Under the pieces are notes generated by a model. That model did no database searches, was not told where the DNA came from, and worked only from the letters and a program-made list of their open reading frames with translations. Source: Trichomonas gallinae (taxonomy: Eukaryota). Taken from it: 34,061 nt of DNA. Positions 30,820-34,061 of the stretch are shown one piece after another; the first letter of the stretch is position 1; the number at the start of each line of letters is the position of its first letter. Where the stretch lies: contig MRSU01003717.1 of assembly GCA_008369845.1 (NCBI GenBank), positions 1 to 34,061 of the forward strand, in the 5' to 3' direction. The position numbers and the translations under genes are program-made.

Positions 30820-31738
30820 AATTTATATCTTGCCGTTATGTAAACAAATCCTATCATTTGCAATTTTTATTCTATATATTACTTATTTTGTTCTCAATAA
30901 AAATATTAAATAAAAATTGGCAGTTAACCGATAAAATAACGAGAAAATGTAATTTTTATTTTACAAAAAATAATATTAACATTCTTTTCATTTTTCACAA
31001 TATATAATAACTTTTACATATTTTTATATAATAATATATGTAGTATGTATAGTGTATAGCTATTATGATAAATTAAAATTATTAAAATAGCTTTGGTTAT
31101 TGAGATATATTATGACAAAGTTGTCCGAGAAATTTGGTGTCATTGATGTAAGGAATTTGAAAATATGAATCATTTTAATGTACGCGCTTCGTGTAAGTGT
31201 CTGATGGTTGTATAAGAATTATTTCTGAAATATGGAAAGTATATATCAATAACGAACATCAAAATTGAAGAAAATTGTTTTATAAACGAATTGTGCTAGT
31301 GCATGCATGTAAAACAATTAACTAATATGAAAGAAATAATTTTATGAAATAATAAAGTCTAATACAGTGATAATAAATTTGAAAAAAATTATATACAAAT
31401 ATAACGAACAATTATTAATAAAATAATATATCTCGATGTAATAAGACTATTTGTTCAAGTGTCAAGTTTCAATTTTTGTTTTTTGTTGGAAATATCGAAA
31501 AATAAATTATTATTATATAATGCGAACAATCAATGATAGAATAAATATATTTTGATGTAACAATACGATTTGTCAATGTGCTGAGGTTCAATTTTTAAAT
31601 TTTGTTGAAAAAATCGAAAAATCCCCAAATAGTAGCGTTTCCATTAAATTTTGCGGTAAAAATGGATTAAAATTCGATATAGATTATATATTTGCAACAA
31701 AATTGATGATTTTATTTTGGTCGAAAAAAATCCTAAAA

Positions 31739-33394
31739 ATGTTTTTTGTTTTTGCTGCGAAAGTTTCTTCGATTTTCGTAAATTTTGACATAGGAAGCCA
31801 ATTCATTCGCGGAGCAGTCATAGAGAACAACGGGTCGCCTTCAATGGCTTCCAATGAGCAAGGAAGCACGATGACTCCGAATTCTGTTAGCTTCAAGCTC
31901 CAAAACATGCAAGAAGGACATTTAAGGAACAGCAATCTTACAGGTCTTCAAATCAAATACGGAAAATCTTCACTTCAATACTTAAAATATAATCCACAGA
32001 ACGGTGCATCGTATTTAGGACGACTTATGGGTCGTAATTCAACAGAAAACTTCGAAATACCAACAATTGCAACAGCATCTGAGATGTTTTCGTTCTTATT
32101 AAAAGATACTCTTGAATCCAAAGATTTTCTTGGTGTTGAAGGTGTAACATTTACAATTCCTGCATATTACACATACAGGCAGCGTGAAGCGTTGATTAAA
32201 GCCACATATCTCGCTAAAGTTCCTTTTCTCGGAATAATTGAAGATTTCCAAGCGGCAATATGGGCCTATACCGACAAATATCTCGATAGATTTGCCAAAA
32301 CCAACCATTCCGTCTTATTTATTGATGTTGGTGCATCACATACAGCTGCATTTCGTGTTGATTTCTATTGCAACACTTCTACGATTGTTGCAAACATGAC
32401 ATCATACGAGTGGACAGAAGAAGCAGGCAGTTTCGCGTTCGCGAGATCAATTTCCCTTGAAGAAAATATTAATTTCAGAAAAGCAATGAAAATCGTCGAA
32501 AAAGGCAAATACTCGCGCGAAATCGTTGAAAGTGAACTCGAAGAGCTTCAAAGAATCATATTATTAGCAATGGGTAACGAAGAAATCGATTGTGTTCAAG
32601 TAATTGGGGGCGCATCGAAGCTTCCTTACATAGAAGACGTAATTAAAGACGCTACAGATATAGATATATCAAGGGAGCTCCCTAATTTAGACACAAACGC
32701 TTTAGGAGGAGCTTTCTTGACCCAGAGACTCGCAAACAAAGCAAACTGGCCAATAACATTCATAAGGTGTCCTATCTACACCCAGAAACTGAGATGCGAC
32801 AAAGTTGCTGCCACTTACTGCACGAAAGGCGCCAAGTGCACTGAATTAGTTATTTTGGATAACACAATATGCAATGAGCTGTTTTTGGAGGCCGAAGAAA
32901 AAGAAATTCCAGAAGGAACAAATAATTTAATTGCTGGCTTCACATTGACGAATATCAGCAAGTGGGACAGAGAGGAAGAAGAGTTCGTCAGTGGTATAAT
33001 GATAATGAAGGAACCGCTGCCTCAGATAACATCAGTTAACTGGTGCATCACGTCAACACTGAACTGCCAGCCTATTTCTTTCCAGCAGACAGAAATAAAC
33101 TTCAAGAGCTTCCAGTCATCATTCGATTTTGTTGATAGCGTCAGGAGCGTTCTTTTGAGGCAGAAGAGAATAATACAGCTCAAAGGGCAGCTCAGAAGTC
33201 TAATAGATGAAGCATTGATGAAAGGTGGAGAAAAGAGGGAAATTGCTGAGAGAGCGAGAAGCATCGCAGATAACTCAGAAGATATTCCAACTCTGGAGCA
33301 GTATGTTAAGCTGCTCACAGAAGAAGAGAAGAAGAAAGAAAACAAAGTTAATGAAAACGAAATGTTTTATATAGAAGATGAAGATGAACTCTAA
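31739..33394 (+). CDS. Atypical Hsp70-superfamily protein, probably ER-luminal
   Basis: FDIGSQ, NEQG..MTPNSVSF, TIPAYYT..QREAL, FIDVGA and VIGGASKLP are Hsp70 NBD motifs. Short signal-like MFFVFAAKVSS from ATG 31739 and C-terminal EDEL. Confidence 0.88.
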   Translation: MFFVFAAKVSSIFVNFDIGSQFIRGAVIENNGSPSMASNEQGSTMTPNSVSFKLQNMQEGHLRNSNLTGLQIKYGKSSLQYLKYNPQNGASYLGRLMGRNSTENFEIPTIATASEMFSFLLKDTLESKDFLGVEGVTFTIPAYYTYRQREALIKATYLAKVPFLGIIEDFQAAIWAYTDKYLDRFAKTNHSVLFIDVGASHTAAFRVDFYCNTSTIVANMTSYEWTEEAGSFAFARSISLEENINFRKAMKIVEKGKYSREIVESELEELQRIILLAMGNEEIDCVQVIGGASKLPYIEDVIKDATDIDISRELPNLDTNALGGAFLTQRLANKANWPITFIRCPIYTQKLRCDKVAATYCTKGAKCTELVILDNTICNELFLEAEEKEIPEGTNNLIAGFTLTNISKWDREEEEFVSGIMIMKEPLPQITSVNWCITSTLNCQPISFQQTEINFKSFQSSFDFVDSVRSVLLRQKRIIQLKGQLRSLIDEALMKGGEKREIAERARSIADNSEDIPTLEQYVKLLTEEEKKKENKVNENEMFYIEDEDEL

Positions 33395-34022
33395 TTAAAT
33401 CATAAACTATTTTGTTATTATAAAAGCTCAACGATTTTTCTAAAAACAGCATATGATTGGTCATTTAAGAGCGAAAGATAAACTATAATATTATCTTTGC
33501 GTAGATATATTTCTTGAATTTGAAATATATTATAAGTTGCTTTGCATATCATGTAAAATTGTTTTACTTCTGTAATCAGTTCTTGTGGTGATCATCATAT
33601 TTGATATATTTTTCATAGATTTTTCATTGATTCTATGAAAAAATATCTTCATCTTAATGTTAAAACATCTCAAGCCTATTTATAAAATATCCATATCTAG
33701 AGAAATATATTCATTCAATGCTCTGTTTTGCATTGCAACATATCAATATATATCTATTAAATTTGTTTTTGTGTAATATAGATAATATTGTCATACTATT
33801 GCACCAATTTTATACAAATATTCAGAATTACAAGTGTTGATTCCAAGATTTTTGGACAATTTGATAATTAGAATTCATTATTTTATCAATATTGTATCAT
33901 TTTAACAATGAGAACGATAATTATATGATATATTACTACATTATCTACTGTGATATAATAATGAATATTGTTCAATATTTAAAAATAGTTGTGACAGTTT
34001 TTATCGTTAAAAAATATATTAG

Positions 34023-34029
34023 TCACTTT
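34023..34029 (+). promoter_or_regulatory. Possible Inr (TCACTTT) of a gene beyond the right edge
   Basis: AGTCACTTTTCCCTCCTTTT near the window end. The downstream ATG is not visible. Confidence 0.3.
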
Positions 34030-34061
34030 TCCCTCCTTTTGTAAAAAAATTTTGCAATTTT

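Overview
AT-rich, gene-dense, apparently intronless eukaryotic DNA, most consistent with a trichomonad (Trichomonas vaginalis or a relative). The assignment is an inference from a BspA-like LRR surface gene, TCA(C/T)T initiators, AAAGTGAC motifs just before ATGs, and stops embedded in TAAA. Genes, left to right: 5' part of a TTLL tubulin ligase (missing from the ORF track), a start-less lineage-specific ORF, a CFAP92-like protein, a GT61 glycosyltransferase, a pseudokinase, two interrupted ABCA half-transporters around a small unknown ORF, a full-length PPDK-like gene, BspA, LAMTOR3, an unknown helical protein, a GAF/PDE-like protein, a SAS-6-like protein and an atypical ER Hsp70. The strongest signals are: (1) an intact PPDK homologue with Tyr at both the phospho-His and the catalytic Cys; (2) an ABCA pair broken only by point lesions, including a Walker A motif hidden in the +1 frame between two compensating indels; (3) a GAF-PDE lacking its metal-binding motifs; (4) a duplicated 121-bp promoter-side element containing a hairpin; (5) TGACA/TTTACA motif clusters in upstream regions; (6) a candidate box C/D snoRNA. 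All family calls come from recognising motifs by eye; no database search was run.
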